Assembly: GCA_963797095.1 (NCBI GenBank)
Contig: CAWCNY010000002.1
Coordinates: forward strand, 64,001 to 128,000
DNA length: 64,000 nt
DNA from: an uncultured Chloroflexia bacterium
Lineage (GTDB): Bacteria > Chloroflexota > Chloroflexia > QHBQ01 > JADMIH01
Reading direction: 5' to 3'
Positions 1 to 10,080 of this stretch are shown here, in pieces; within the stretch, counting starts at the first letter, position 1, and each line of letters begins with the position of its first letter. The notes beneath the pieces were generated by a model. The model did not search any database. It saw nothing but the letters and a program-made list of their open reading frames with translations, and was not told the DNA's origin. The translations under genes and the position numbers were made by a program.

Positions 1-455
1 TCTGTGATGGTGAGCAGGACATTGTCAACCGCCGCGCCATCCAGGGGTAGTTTATCGCTCTTGGCTACAAGGTTGCCCGCTGTGACGAAGCCAAAGATGG
101 TCAGGTTGGCATATGGGTCGGCAGGCGGCGGGCCTGTAGGCGTGGGACGGGGTGTGGGCGTCCCAGGTGTTTCCGTGGGAACGGTCGTTCCCGTGGTAAC
201 CTCGGTGGCGCTGACCGGCTCCTCGCCGCTCACGGTGGCAGTCATGATGGGAGTGCCGATAATTGCCGTGGCGGTAGTGGTGGGTTGAGCATCGGTTGAA
301 GTGGTAGATGTAGGCTCAACCTGGGCCTGCATCGAAGCCGGGGCAGATTGCGGCGAACAGGCCGCAATCACAAGAGGCAAGGCAAACAGTAAAGCGCACA
401 GCGTCATCAGGAGCCATAGAGGGCGGGTTCCGTGCGCCTTTTTAGTATGTGACAT
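1..455 (-). CDS. Putative lipoprotein with Thr/Pro-rich linker (3' end runs off the window)
   Basis: Manual minus-strand translation from ATG at 455: MSHTKKAHGTRPLWLLMTLCALLFALPLVIAAC (lipobox-like), then TPGTPTPRPTPTGPPP. GGAG lies upstream. Absent from the ORF track because it is truncated. Confidence 0.7.
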   Translation of the reverse strand, partial: MSHTKKAHGTRPLWLLMTLCALLFALPLVIAACSPQSAPASMQAQVEPTSTTSTDAQPTTTATAIIGTPIMTATVSGEEPVSATEVTTGTTVPTETPGTPTPRPTPTGPPPADPYANLTIFGFVTAGNLVAKSDKLPLDGAAVDNVLLTIT

Positions 456-604
456 ATTAGAGTCGCTCTGCTCCAATCAGGTGATATTCCAGGCAGTTCG
501 GTAGCGAGTACAATCGGACCATTGTACCATGCCTGCGTCGGGGCGTGCAAGGCAACGCCGACTGCGCAATCAATGCGGTCGCTATTCAAGTATCTTATCT
601 AGTG

Positions 605-2203
605 TTAAGTACCCACCGTCAGCGGTTGCGGTTCAATCAGTAGGCGGCGGGCGGCCAGTGTCATGCCTGCGGTCAGCCAGAGTAGAGCGGCCATGTGGGG
701 GAATTCTATATTGAAGTAGTAGTGGTCTACCAGGCCAACGACCAGTGCCCCCAGGATCGCAGCAGTGCCGCCCAGCAGGGCCATATCGAGAATGGACCAA
801 TCCGTTAGTCGATGTGTCGTCTGTGGGGTATCTACTCTGCCAGGGCTGCCGTCTTCCGGTGCGTCCTGTGGTCCGGTAGCGATGCGACGCCCTTTTGCAG
901 CAGAGTGGCTTATTGCGGGAATGGTAGCCAGGAAGAAAGCAATAATGACCGCGATGAACAGGGCCAGGGCGAGGAGACCTGCGCGCTCGGCTATAGTGAG
1001 GTAAATGCTTGAAACGCCCGTGGTCAGATCAAGCTCGCCCGCAGTGCCGAAACCCACCCCGAAGGCAGGGTAGCGCCCGATGATATCGAGCGCGTTGCGG
1101 TATTCGGCCAGGCGCATAAGGCTTGCCTGGTCTTCGAATTGTAAGCCCAGCAACAGGCGGGCGAAATAGCCGCTGCCCAGGCCAAAGATGAGGAGGGCCG
1201 CGCCAAAGGCAATACCCCAGCCCCACAACCGTCGATAGCGCAGAGTAGCGACCAGCATTCCGGCTGCCACCACGCCTATGAGAGCCGAGCGGGAATTGGT
1301 AAGGACCAGCGCGATTATGTCAACCAACAGGAGTCCGCCCAGCAGCCACCTGGGTAGAGGGGGCTTGCGTGAGAGGAGAGCCACGCCCGTCAAGACGGTG
1401 ATCACCACCAACAGACCCCCAAATGAGTTGGGGTCAACCTGGGTTCCAACGGCCCGCTCGCCAAGGGCGGGGTTGTCTTCTATGTAACGCACCACTCGGT
1501 CGGTGGGGTAGCCGATCACGCTCAAGCGAGATAGCAGGGAGGTAGCGAGGGCATCGGGGAGCCGCCACAGCACAACACCCATCGCGGCCTGCAACCCTCC
1601 TGATAGGATGAGGGCGCGCAAGACCAGGGTGATTGAGCCGGTATCGCGCAATAGATTGGTGGCAGCAAAGAAGATCCCTATGGCAAGCAGCAGCTTGACG
1701 TAGTTATGAACCACATCCGTACCGGCATCGCGCTCCAGGCCCAGCACAAAGGCGAAGGCAGTGGCTCCCAAAAAGAGGATGAGCAATAGATCGAGCGGGG
1801 TGCGCACCATGCCCGTACCCTCTTCTGCCTGTGTGCCGGAAAGGGCGCGCAGGAGCCACGCCATGTAGAGCAGCAGAAGGGCAACTTCCAGGAGAGTGGG
1901 GGTGAATACCGCCAGGCGTACCGGAAGAGCGGCATAGGGCAAGAGTGTTACAGTTCCTGCCACCAGAAGAATATCGGCTTGAGGACGGGTAGCAAGCCAG
2001 GGCAACGCGACAAGAGCCAGCACGACCACAAACGGGATGAGCGGGTTGCCCGCGACAATCGCTAACCCACCCGCAATGCCCAGGCCTATAGCAAGAAGCG
2101 CCAGCGCGAGTTGCCGGAAGAGAGTATTGTCCTGCAAACGTGAATTCTGTATCATAGTGAGTAGAGACACTATCAGTTTAGCATAAGACGAAGTACCGGG
2201 CAT
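605..2203 (-). CDS. O-antigen ligase (Wzy/WaaL-like) family membrane protein
   Basis: Multi-TM protein with RAVGTQVDPNSFG, TNSRSALIG and PAFGVGFG motifs. True start may be Met at 2155. Confidence 0.75.
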   Translation of the reverse strand: MPGTSSYAKLIVSLLTMIQNSRLQDNTLFRQLALALLAIGLGIAGGLAIVAGNPLIPFVVVLALVALPWLATRPQADILLVAGTVTLLPYAALPVRLAVFTPTLLEVALLLLYMAWLLRALSGTQAEEGTGMVRTPLDLLLILFLGATAFAFVLGLERDAGTDVVHNYVKLLLAIGIFFAATNLLRDTGSITLVLRALILSGGLQAAMGVVLWRLPDALATSLLSRLSVIGYPTDRVVRYIEDNPALGERAVGTQVDPNSFGGLLVVITVLTGVALLSRKPPLPRWLLGGLLLVDIIALVLTNSRSALIGVVAAGMLVATLRYRRLWGWGIAFGAALLIFGLGSGYFARLLLGLQFEDQASLMRLAEYRNALDIIGRYPAFGVGFGTAGELDLTTGVSSIYLTIAERAGLLALALFIAVIIAFFLATIPAISHSAAKGRRIATGPQDAPEDGSPGRVDTPQTTHRLTDWSILDMALLGGTAAILGALVVGLVDHYYFNIEFPHMAALLWLTAGMTLAARRLLIEPQPLTVGT

Positions 2204-2309
2204 CAGATGTCAAGTACCGAGTGTTCTATTCGAACTTCGCCCTTCAAACCTTGTAGCCCGTATTCAGCACCTGGTAACCCGGTCCCCGATATTCACGACT
2301 CAGTGGGAG

Positions 2310-2846
2310 GTGCATCTTATGAACGGCACAGCACCGGCAAGCGCTGCCAACACCACCCCCATTAAGATTGGAGCGGTGGTTCGGGTAGAAAGCAGCCTTG
2401 CGGAGATCCAGATGCTTGATGGGCAGATTGTAGCCGCCGAGGCCCTTGGCCCAGGAGTAGTGCAAGAAGTAGGGCCAGACGGATCAGTCCGTGTCCACTG
2501 GGCAGGAGCCGACCTCAATTCGTGGGCCAGGCAAGAGGATTTACTCCTGCTCGGTGATACTGCCCGGCTATTGACCGTGCGTGTTTTCGACAAGCTCGGC
2601 AGAGGCGAGCGTGTGCGCCATCGCGTGGTCAAGGGAGCGGGGCTTCGCTACAACTGGGTCGTTGAGTGGCGTCCCAAGAACATCATCCGCACCGTGCGCC
2701 CCGACGGTGCTACTTGGACCTTCGATTGGAATCCTTTGTTCCGGGAAGTAAATCCCATACACACCTTGCTGTCAGAAGGCTACCAACTCGACGATGACCA
2801 GGCCGAAGCCATAACGGTTGCGGAGCTTGCCGCCAACGCGAAGTGA
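2310..2846 (+). CDS. Hypothetical protein (178 aa)
   Basis: Clean ORF with GGGAGG RBS near the start and globular composition; no family recognised. Confidence 0.7.
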   Translation: MHLMNGTAPASAANTTPIKIGAVVRVESSLAEIQMLDGQIVAAEALGPGVVQEVGPDGSVRVHWAGADLNSWARQEDLLLLGDTARLLTVRVFDKLGRGERVRHRVVKGAGLRYNWVVEWRPKNIIRTVRPDGATWTFDWNPLFREVNPIHTLLSEGYQLDDDQAEAITVAELAANAK

Positions 2847-2870
2847 TACTGGCCTACTACATACTCCAAA

Positions 2871-2914
2871 ACTCGTCACTCGTCACTCGTCACTCGTCAC
2901 TCGTCACTCGTCAC
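2871..2914. repeat. Heptamer tandem repeat (ACTCGTC)x6
   Basis: Read directly, just after the stop of the 2310-2846 gene. Confidence 0.95.
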
Positions 2915-3055
2915 CCGATATTCACCTCTTGTTACCCATTCTGCAACCAGGGGAAGCGATAATGAAGAGGTGAGCAACAGGCATCGAATGGAATGCCCTG
3001 CAGCACATAGCTATATAGTGTCGCTGAGAGCGCAGGGCATAGCCATCGAGTGAAC

Positions 3056-3089
3056 AAGCGCCGTACAAGACATGTCTTGTACGGCGCTT
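3056..3089. terminator. 34-bp perfect palindrome, probable bidirectional terminator
   Basis: AAGCGCCGTACAAGACATGTCTTGTACGGCGCTT is its own reverse complement and lies between convergent genes. Confidence 0.6.
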
Positions 3090-3597
3090 CCTGCGACAAC
3101 TGGTATAAGCACAGGTTGGTGCACTTACATGCTAACGCTGTTTAGCCTCCCGCAAGGCAGCGGCAAAGCCGGGCAGCGCGCGCTCGATCATGTCATCGTT
3201 GGCGGTAAGCGAGATGCGGAAGTGTCCCGGCGCTTCCACGATAGTACCCGGCAAGCAGAGTATATTGTGTGAAGCCAGCAGATCGATAAAAGCGTTGTCG
3301 TCTTCCAACGGCGAGCGCACCAGCAGGTAAAAGGTGCCTTCCGGCACGTGCAGGCTGTAGCCCATATCGCGCAAGGCTCCGACCAGCCAGTCGCGCTTGT
3401 GTTGCAAATGCACTATATCTATCGAGAGCTTTTCCAGGTCGGGCAAGGCGTGCTGAAGGAGTGCATTGGGGAAAGCATAGCCTGTTACCATCTGCGCCGA
3501 GAAGATGGCCTGGCCTATCACATCGCGCTGAGACATGGATGGTGACAGGGCGATGTAGCCGATGCGCTGGCCGGGGGTGAGAAGCGTCTTGGCGTAA

Positions 3598-4896
3598 GGG
3601 ACTCTCAAGAAATTAACAAGCCTGGGAGTAGAGTGGAGCAGGAGTGATGTCGAGAAACCATTTGCCCAACGTTTTATGGCGTATGAGTTGCCCTTCTACT
3701 GCCTTCATCGCCTCTTTGCTCAGTTTCACCCCACTGGCATACCTTGTTGTCACCAGTTCCACTGCCGGTCGGCGCCCCTTCCAGGTCATCGTCCCCGCAT
3801 ACGCAATTACTGCCTCTATGGAGTTGAGTAATGCACCGTTCCAATGGTTTTCCAGGATGCCCCAACAGCGCTCAACCGCATTGTACTTGCTGTGGTACGG
3901 TGGGTAGTAAGCCAGCCGCACCTTTATCCCGTAGTCCGATGCGAAATTCAGCAGTCGCTGCACGAATTGGGTGCGCCGACTGTGGTTCTCCGGTCCATTA
4001 TCCAGATTGATCACCAGCGTCCTGATTGTGGCGAAGCGACTGCGCACGCTCTGCCACCACTGCTCCAGACAATCGACCAGGCAGTCACTCGTCACTTTGG
4101 AAGTAATGCCATATAGAAACAATTCGTTCGACTGGGGTAGCATAATCCCCACTGGCGTCACCTTTGCCAGCGCTTCAAAGTCGTGGTCAGCGGCTGCGGT
4201 CGGCACACGAGACTTACCACCACGGGAGAATGGCCCGACTAAAACAGCCGCTTTGGCGTCCATAGAAATGCGCAATTCCCTCTCATTAGCATCGGCTGCG
4301 CGATTGACCGCATTTACTTGCTCGAAGATGGCATCAGTTTGGGGGACTTTTTTTGGGGTTGCGACTTGGCAACCTTCTTGGGGTAGTAGCCCAGGTCATT
4401 CAACTTGCCCCCGATGGTTTCTGGGGTAGGCAACTGCGGGTCGGTGTAGCCCTTTTGCGCGATCAACTGACGGCGCACTTCGGCGGCAGAGAGGCGGGTA
4501 TAGAGGCGGTTAGTACGAAACTGAGGATCAGCCTGGCTCTGGCTATCGACTATAGCTTGCAGATCCGGTAATAGGTTGGGCAGATGAACTTCTGACCGCT
4601 TGCGGCCACGCGCAGCGAAAGCATCGACACATCTGATGCCAGTGTCAAGTTCATGGATACCTTTGCGAATAGTCATGCGGCCCCAGTGCAGTTCACGGGC
4701 TGCGAGAGCTTGACCACCAGGACCGAGTTCTTTGACGGTACGGGCCATAAACAAGCGGCGGTCACTGCCTTTGAGGGACTTAGCGGTCTCGATTAGCATT
4801 GTCTTGAGAGAGTTGGTTAGTTCCATCAACATACCTCCAGAGTGTGATCACTGGAGTATAACACCAGAAGAGGCTAGTTTATTCATCGAGAGTCCC
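3598..4896 (-). mobile_element. ISAzo13-family insertion sequence (1299 bp)
   Basis: Terminal IRs GGGACTCTCAAGAAATTAAC and GGGACTCTCGATGAATAAAC (reverse complement). 3-bp TAA duplication at 3595-3597 and 4897-4899. Confidence 0.92.
3613..4832 (-). CDS. ISAzo13 transposase, two ORFs joined by a probable -1 frameshift
   Basis: orfA 4832-4314 (SQADPQFRT..LYTRLSA) and orfB frame (RISMDAKA, DNGPEN, YYPPYHSKYNAVERCW). An A-AAA-AAG slippery site at about 4347-4354 gives QPQKK/VPQTDAIFEQ. Confidence 0.88.
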
Positions 4897-5651
4897 TAAG
4901 TGTAAAGAAGGAACGACTCGGGGTAGAAGGCCACGGGGCTTGGGTAGTCGCGACCATCGAACACAATACGACTGTAAGCCTCGTCCGACAGCAGGTAGAT
5001 AGTGCGCCCGTTGCGCTTGCTAGCCTCTGTCAGCAATTCGCCGAGCCGCGCAAGGGTGGAAGCAGGGTATATCTTGCCCGTGGGGTTGTTGGGCGAATTT
5101 ACCAGGATCGCCCTGGTGCGGTCGGTTATAGTGGCGGCTATCGCGTCAAGGTCGAGGTCGAAAGTATCTGGGTCCATCTTTACGCGCACAGGCTTGCCGC
5201 CGTAGGAGACGATCATCGCCTCATAGAAGAACCAGGGCGGGCTGATAAAGATAACCTCATCGCCTGGGTCAACCAGGGCGCTCAAGGTTACGCTAATGGC
5301 CGCGAAAGCCCCGTTGGTGAGGAAGATATCGCTCTCTTCGAAAGGCAGGCCACGCAGGTCGCGCAGAGCGGAGGCCACCACGGAGCGCGAATGCGGCTCG
5401 TTGTTCTTGTAGGCAAACCAATCTTTGTTCTGCGGAACACTCCAGCGCTCCAGCGCCTCGACGAAGCCTGGTAGAGGCATCTCCTGAGGATTGCCGAAGG
5501 CGAAGTCGCTTACTGTTGGGTCGCCGACCTTCTTTGCCCAGGAAGACTGCGTGAAGAAACGCCAGATGTGCGCGACTGTACTATTGACAGCCGTTATGCG
5601 TTGCGATATCGGTGCGGATTCCATTAGAAGCCATTGAGCAAGCTGTTGGGC

Positions 5652-5699
5652 GCTTGCTATTTCAATATTATAACAGCTTGCTATTTCAATATTATAACA
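5652..5699 (-). promoter_or_regulatory. Exact 24-bp tandem duplication carrying an extended -10 (TGtTATAAT) upstream of the aminotransferase
   Basis: GCTTGCTATTTCAATATTATAACA occurs at 5652-5675 and 5676-5699. Confidence 0.75.
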
Positions 5700-5913
5700 C
5701 CGGTACGCACCTCCGGCACCGGCCCAAGTTTCGACCGGCACAAAGGCAGGGGGGACTATGCACCCACCCCGAATTAGGACCTATTACGCATTTACCGGAC
5801 AGAATCTGTGCTGTATCGTCTTAGTGTTGGCTAGCGACGAGTGACGCGTGACGAGTGAATACGCAATACGCAGTACGCAGTACGCAATACCCACCACCCA
5901 CCAGGAAACAAGC

Positions 5914-6189
5914 ATGACCAGGGAAAAGGGCGCAACTAGCAAGAAGCAGGAAAGCAAGTGGACCGGGCCTGAGCGCAGGTCTGAGCCACGCGTGCCCAAG
6001 CGCGATATAGGCCGCTTCAAGCGCGCAATCGCGTCGGCAGCCCTGGTCGTCACTGTAGGTGGATGGCTGGCATTCGCGGCTGCACAGCCCTTCACCGATA
6101 GCTCCACGCCCGCTAACCCACCTGCTAGCGTTAAATCGACGAGCACTCCAATGCCCATCCCACAAGAACCTGTAAGTTTCGAGCGTTGA
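5914..6189 (+). CDS. Small membrane-anchored or secreted protein
   Basis: Basic N-terminus, one hydrophobic helix (AIASAALVVTVGGWLAFAAA) and a Pro/Thr tail. AGGA lies upstream of ATG 5914. The longer ORF start falls in heptamer repeats. Confidence 0.55.
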   Translation: MTREKGATSKKQESKWTGPERRSEPRVPKRDIGRFKRAIASAALVVTVGGWLAFAAAQPFTDSSTPANPPASVKSTSTPMPIPQEPVSFER

Positions 6190-6228
6190 GCTTGAAGGGA
6201 AAACGACCGGACGGAGCATACAAGGGTC

Positions 6229-7050
6229 ATGAGTAGCTACTCGTACAGCCACAATCACAACAGACAGGGCTATAACCCTCGCAGATACAGCGTATATCAG
6301 GTAGCAAGCGTAGAAGCCCAGGTACGTCAGTACCGCAAGAAGGCCGAAGTGCTGCTGGCAATCTTCTGGGTCATCCTATGCGTGGGAGTGGGTGGCGGTC
6401 TGGCATGGCTGCTCAAGCCGTGGCTCGATTCGCTTGGCCCTATCCTTGACAGACAGTTCGGCGCGACGCCGCAGGTCTACCGCGATATATCGCGCGCCTC
6501 CGGGCTGGCCGCCTATGGGCTGCTGTGGCTTTCGATGGCCTTCGGCATCCTGATCAGCGGCAAGATTTCACGCCTCTGGCCTGGAGCCCTCGAAGCGTTC
6601 GAGCTACACCGCTTCTGCTCGCTGCTGGCGCTTGGCGCGACCCTGCTGCACATTTTGATACTCATAGGCGATCCGCGCCTGGGTAGCGATCCCGTGCCTC
6701 TGCTGGCATTCGGGATGCTGGCAGCGAAAGCTCCCTGGGCATGGCTGGGCCAGCTATCGCTCTACGCGATGGCTATAGTGGTGGGCAGCTTCTACGTGCG
6801 CAAGTGGATAGGCAAGCAGGCATGGCGGCTGATACACGCCGCCACATTCGCGCTCTATTTGACCGCGCTCGCGCACTCGGTGGGCGCAACCACCGATAGC
6901 TCGATCCCAACGCTGGCGGCCTTCTACTGGGCGACTGTGGGCGGGCTGGGGGTGCTCTCTATCGCCCGCATCGTAGCTACACTTCGTGCAAAGCGCAAGA
7001 AGAAGCGCAAAGTAATATCCGCACATGCACCTGCACCTGCGCGTGCGTGA
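6229..7050 (+). CDS. Ferric reductase-like transmembrane (MsrQ-like) protein
   Basis: SRASGLAAY, ELHRFCS..LH and WRLIHAATF..LAH give the heme-ligating His pattern. Confidence 0.75.
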   Translation: MSSYSYSHNHNRQGYNPRRYSVYQVASVEAQVRQYRKKAEVLLAIFWVILCVGVGGGLAWLLKPWLDSLGPILDRQFGATPQVYRDISRASGLAAYGLLWLSMAFGILISGKISRLWPGALEAFELHRFCSLLALGATLLHILILIGDPRLGSDPVPLLAFGMLAAKAPWAWLGQLSLYAMAIVVGSFYVRKWIGKQAWRLIHAATFALYLTALAHSVGATTDSSIPTLAAFYWATVGGLGVLSIARIVATLRAKRKKKRKVISAHAPAPARA

Positions 7051-7137
7051 TATACTTGAGCAACGCCGTTGCCCTCACGGCCCACAGTCGGATCATTTAT
7101 CAGGCGACCAACGGCGACAGGACCACCTGGATGGAAA

Positions 7138-9633
7138 ATGCTCAACACGACTATTGATTCATCTTCAGTTGGCCTGACAACCGCAGAGGCTGACGCCCGC
7201 CTGTCGCAGTTCGGCCCGAATCTGCCGGCCCGCAAGCGGCGCTCCAGCACCCTCACCCTGCTGCTGAGCCAGTTCAACAGCCCCATAGTCCTCCTGCTCC
7301 TCTTTTCAGCTGGGTTGTCCTTCTTTTTGGGCGAGTCGGTCGATGCCTCGATCATCCTTGTGATCGTGCTGTTGAGTGGATTCCTCAGCTTCTGGGAGGA
7401 ACGCGGGGCGGCCAACGCCGTCGATAAGCTCCTTGCCGCCGTGCAGGTCAAGGCCACGGTGCTCCGCGATGGCAAGCCTGTTGACCTGCCTGTAGAGCAG
7501 GTCGTGCCGGGCGACATCGTGCTGCTGGATGCGGGGGATGTTGTGCCCGCCGACTGCTCGATAATCGAGGCAAAAGATCTCTACGTGGACGAAGCCACGC
7601 TAACGGGCGAGACCTATCCGGTGGCTAAAGCACCGGGAAGCGTGAGCGAAGATGCACCACTGGCGCAGCGCACCAACGCCCTGTTTATGGGCACGCACGT
7701 GGTCAGCGGCACCGCCAGGGCAACTGTGGCGCATACGGGCAAGGACACGGAGTTCGGAGCGATCTCAGAGCGGCTTAAACTGAGGTCGCCTGAGACCGAG
7801 TTCGAGCGCGGCCTCAGGCGCTTCGGCTACCTGCTTGTAGAAGTTACCCTGATCCTGGTGCTCGCTATCTTCGCGATCAACGTCTATTTCGCCCGCCCTG
7901 TGATCAACTCTCTCCTTTTCGCGCTGGCCCTGGCTGTCGGGTTGACACCACAGCTTCTGCCCGCCATCGTCGCTATCAACCTGTCGCATGGGGCCAAGCG
8001 GATGGCCGCCGAGAAGGTGATCGTCAAGAGGCTGGCGTCCATCGAGAACTTCGGCAGCATGGATGTGCTCTGCTCGGACAAGACGGGCACGATCACCGAG
8101 GGGATAGTGCGTATTCATAGCGCCCTCGACGCGAACGGGCAAAGGAGCGAGCGCGTGCTTAAATACGCATATATCAACGCCTCGTTCGAGAGCGGGTTCA
8201 CCAACCCTATCGACCAGGCAATTTGCGCGCACACGAAAATCGACCTTTCAACCTATAAGAAGCTGGACGAGGTGCCGTACGACTTCATACGCAAACGGCT
8301 CAGCGTGCTGGTCCAGGCGAGCGATGGCTCTTGCTTCATGGTGACCAAGGGTGCTATAGCCGAGGTGCTGGCTGTGTGCGCCTCGGTGGAGGTGGGGCCG
8401 GGCCGCACGATTGGTATAGATGGGGCTAAGGAGGGCATCCTCAAGCAATGCCAGGAGATAAGCAACGAGGGCTACCGCACCATCGCTATTGCCTACCGGG
8501 ACTTCCAGCCTGGATCCAACCCGAGTATCTCCAAGCAAGATGAAGTCGGGATGACTTTCCTGGGCCTGCTGGCGTTGAACGATCCGCCCAAGGAGGGGGT
8601 CGAGGCGACCATAGCGCACCTTAAAGCGTTGGGCGTCACGCTCAAAATAATCACAGGCGACAACCACATGGTGGCGGCTCACGTCGCGCAGCAGGTAGGC
8701 CTCGACGTGTCTCGCGTGCTGTCGGGTGACGACCTGCGCACCATGAGCGACGAAGCCCTCATCAAGCAGGTGACCGAGGTGAGCGTGTTCGCGGAGGTGG
8801 AGCCTAACCAGAAGGAGCGCATCCTCCTTGCATTGAGGAAGGCGGGAAGGGTGGTCGGCTACCTGGGCGACGGCATCAACGACGCCACCGCCCTGCACGC
8901 CGCCGACGTAGGTATATCGGTGGACAGCGCGGTGGACGTGGCGAAGGAGGCCGCCGATATCGTGCTCCTCGATAGGGACCTGGGCGTGCTCGCCACGGGC
9001 GTGGCAGAGGGGCGCAAGACCTTCGCTAACACGCTCAAGTACGTGTTCATCACTACCAGCGCCAACTTCGGCAACATGATCAGCATGGCGAGCATCTCGC
9101 TCTTCCTTCCCTTCCTGCCTCTGCTGCCCAAGCAAATCCTGTTCAACAACTTCCTGACCGATTTCCCCACCATCGGCATCGCCACCGACAGCGTAGACCC
9201 CGAAATGGTGGAGAAGCCGAGACGCTGGAACGTCAAGCTAATACGGAACTTCATGGTGGTGTTCGGTCTCCACAGCTCCATCTTCGATTTCATCACTTTC
9301 GGCACGCTGCTCCTCCTCTTGCACGCCTCGGTAGACCAGTTCCGCACAGGTTGGTTCGTGGTCTCCGCCGTATCGGAGGTGCTTATCCTGCTCGTAATCA
9401 GAACACAAAGGGTCTTTCTAAAGAGCCGCCCCGGCAGATACCTGCTGATGGGCAGCCTGGTAGCCTCCGTGGTAGCGCTGGTGCTCCCATACACGCCACT
9501 AGGAACGCTGATCGGGTTCATCCCCCTACCGTGGCCTATGCTACTCTGCATGGGGGCGATCCTCGTGCTCTACGTGGTGACTGGCGAAGCACTGAAGCGT
9601 GGCTACTTCCGGTTCTCAGGATTCATCGGTTGA
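7138..9633 (+). CDS. mgtA: Magnesium-translocating P-type ATPase
   Basis: TGET, AVGLTPQLLP, DKTGT, TGDN, GDGIND and TSANFGNM motifs. Start is uncertain (7069-7138). Confidence 0.9.
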   Translation: MLNTTIDSSSVGLTTAEADARLSQFGPNLPARKRRSSTLTLLLSQFNSPIVLLLLFSAGLSFFLGESVDASIILVIVLLSGFLSFWEERGAANAVDKLLAAVQVKATVLRDGKPVDLPVEQVVPGDIVLLDAGDVVPADCSIIEAKDLYVDEATLTGETYPVAKAPGSVSEDAPLAQRTNALFMGTHVVSGTARATVAHTGKDTEFGAISERLKLRSPETEFERGLRRFGYLLVEVTLILVLAIFAINVYFARPVINSLLFALALAVGLTPQLLPAIVAINLSHGAKRMAAEKVIVKRLASIENFGSMDVLCSDKTGTITEGIVRIHSALDANGQRSERVLKYAYINASFESGFTNPIDQAICAHTKIDLSTYKKLDEVPYDFIRKRLSVLVQASDGSCFMVTKGAIAEVLAVCASVEVGPGRTIGIDGAKEGILKQCQEISNEGYRTIAIAYRDFQPGSNPSISKQDEVGMTFLGLLALNDPPKEGVEATIAHLKALGVTLKIITGDNHMVAAHVAQQVGLDVSRVLSGDDLRTMSDEALIKQVTEVSVFAEVEPNQKERILLALRKAGRVVGYLGDGINDATALHAADVGISVDSAVDVAKEAADIVLLDRDLGVLATGVAEGRKTFANTLKYVFITTSANFGNMISMASISLFLPFLPLLPKQILFNNFLTDFPTIGIATDSVDPEMVEKPRRWNVKLIRNFMVVFGLHSSIFDFITFGTLLLLLHASVDQFRTGWFVVSAVSEVLILLVIRTQRVFLKSRPGRYLLMGSLVASVVALVLPYTPLGTLIGFIPLPWPMLLCMGAILVLYVVTGEALKRGYFRFSGFIG

Positions 9634-9899
9634 ATTTCATAGGGCGAAAAAATACGTATGATCAGGTTAGTCCCGTTAATAGTCCAACGGGCAACGCCAG
9701 ACCCAGACTTGGCGAGGCATTCCAAATACTGTCGCTCAAGAAGAATGTAAAGTGGGGTACCCACAAGGCAATGTCGTCGAATAAAGATGCAGATTGTAGG
9801 GGTGTCTCTAGTAGGTGCCTCGATGGATTGCCACCCAGGCCAAGTCTCGAAGGGATGTAAGAGCGTAGTAAGCCCTGTGGATGACGTGCCCCCATGCCA

Positions 9900-9971
9900 A
9901 GTCCCGTAGGGACGTATGAGTATAGCATAGCGCTTACGCCCTGGGCTACTCTCTACCGTCCCTTCGGGACT
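9900..9971. repeat. REP-like pair of small palindromes
   Basis: AGTCCCGTAGGGACG (9900-9914) and CGTCCCTTCGGGACT (9957-9971) are inverted copies (14/15), and each is self-complementary. Confidence 0.55.
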
Positions 9972-10080
9972 ACCAGGAATGGCGTACGAGCAGGACACCT
10001 GCCAGTGGTGCCCACACAGGGGCTACCTTCGTGGGTTCTATGCGCCAGCATCGCCCACAAGGGGTGCCTCTATGTCACAT

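Larger units (their letters stand above)
3132..5624 (-). pseudogene. Class I/II PLP-dependent (aspartate-type) aminotransferase interrupted by ISAzo13
   Basis: N-terminal part 5624-4897 has NSPNNPTG and SDEAY. C-terminal part 3597-3132 has AKTLLTPGQRIGY and PEGTFY. Removing the IS and one TAA restores the frame FLLYTYAKTLLTPGQRIGY. Confidence 0.92.

Noticed and set aside
5625-5741. N-terminal extension of the aminotransferase with a CYNIEIAS duplication
   Set aside because: It is the duplicated promoter read in frame; the likely start is Met at 5624.
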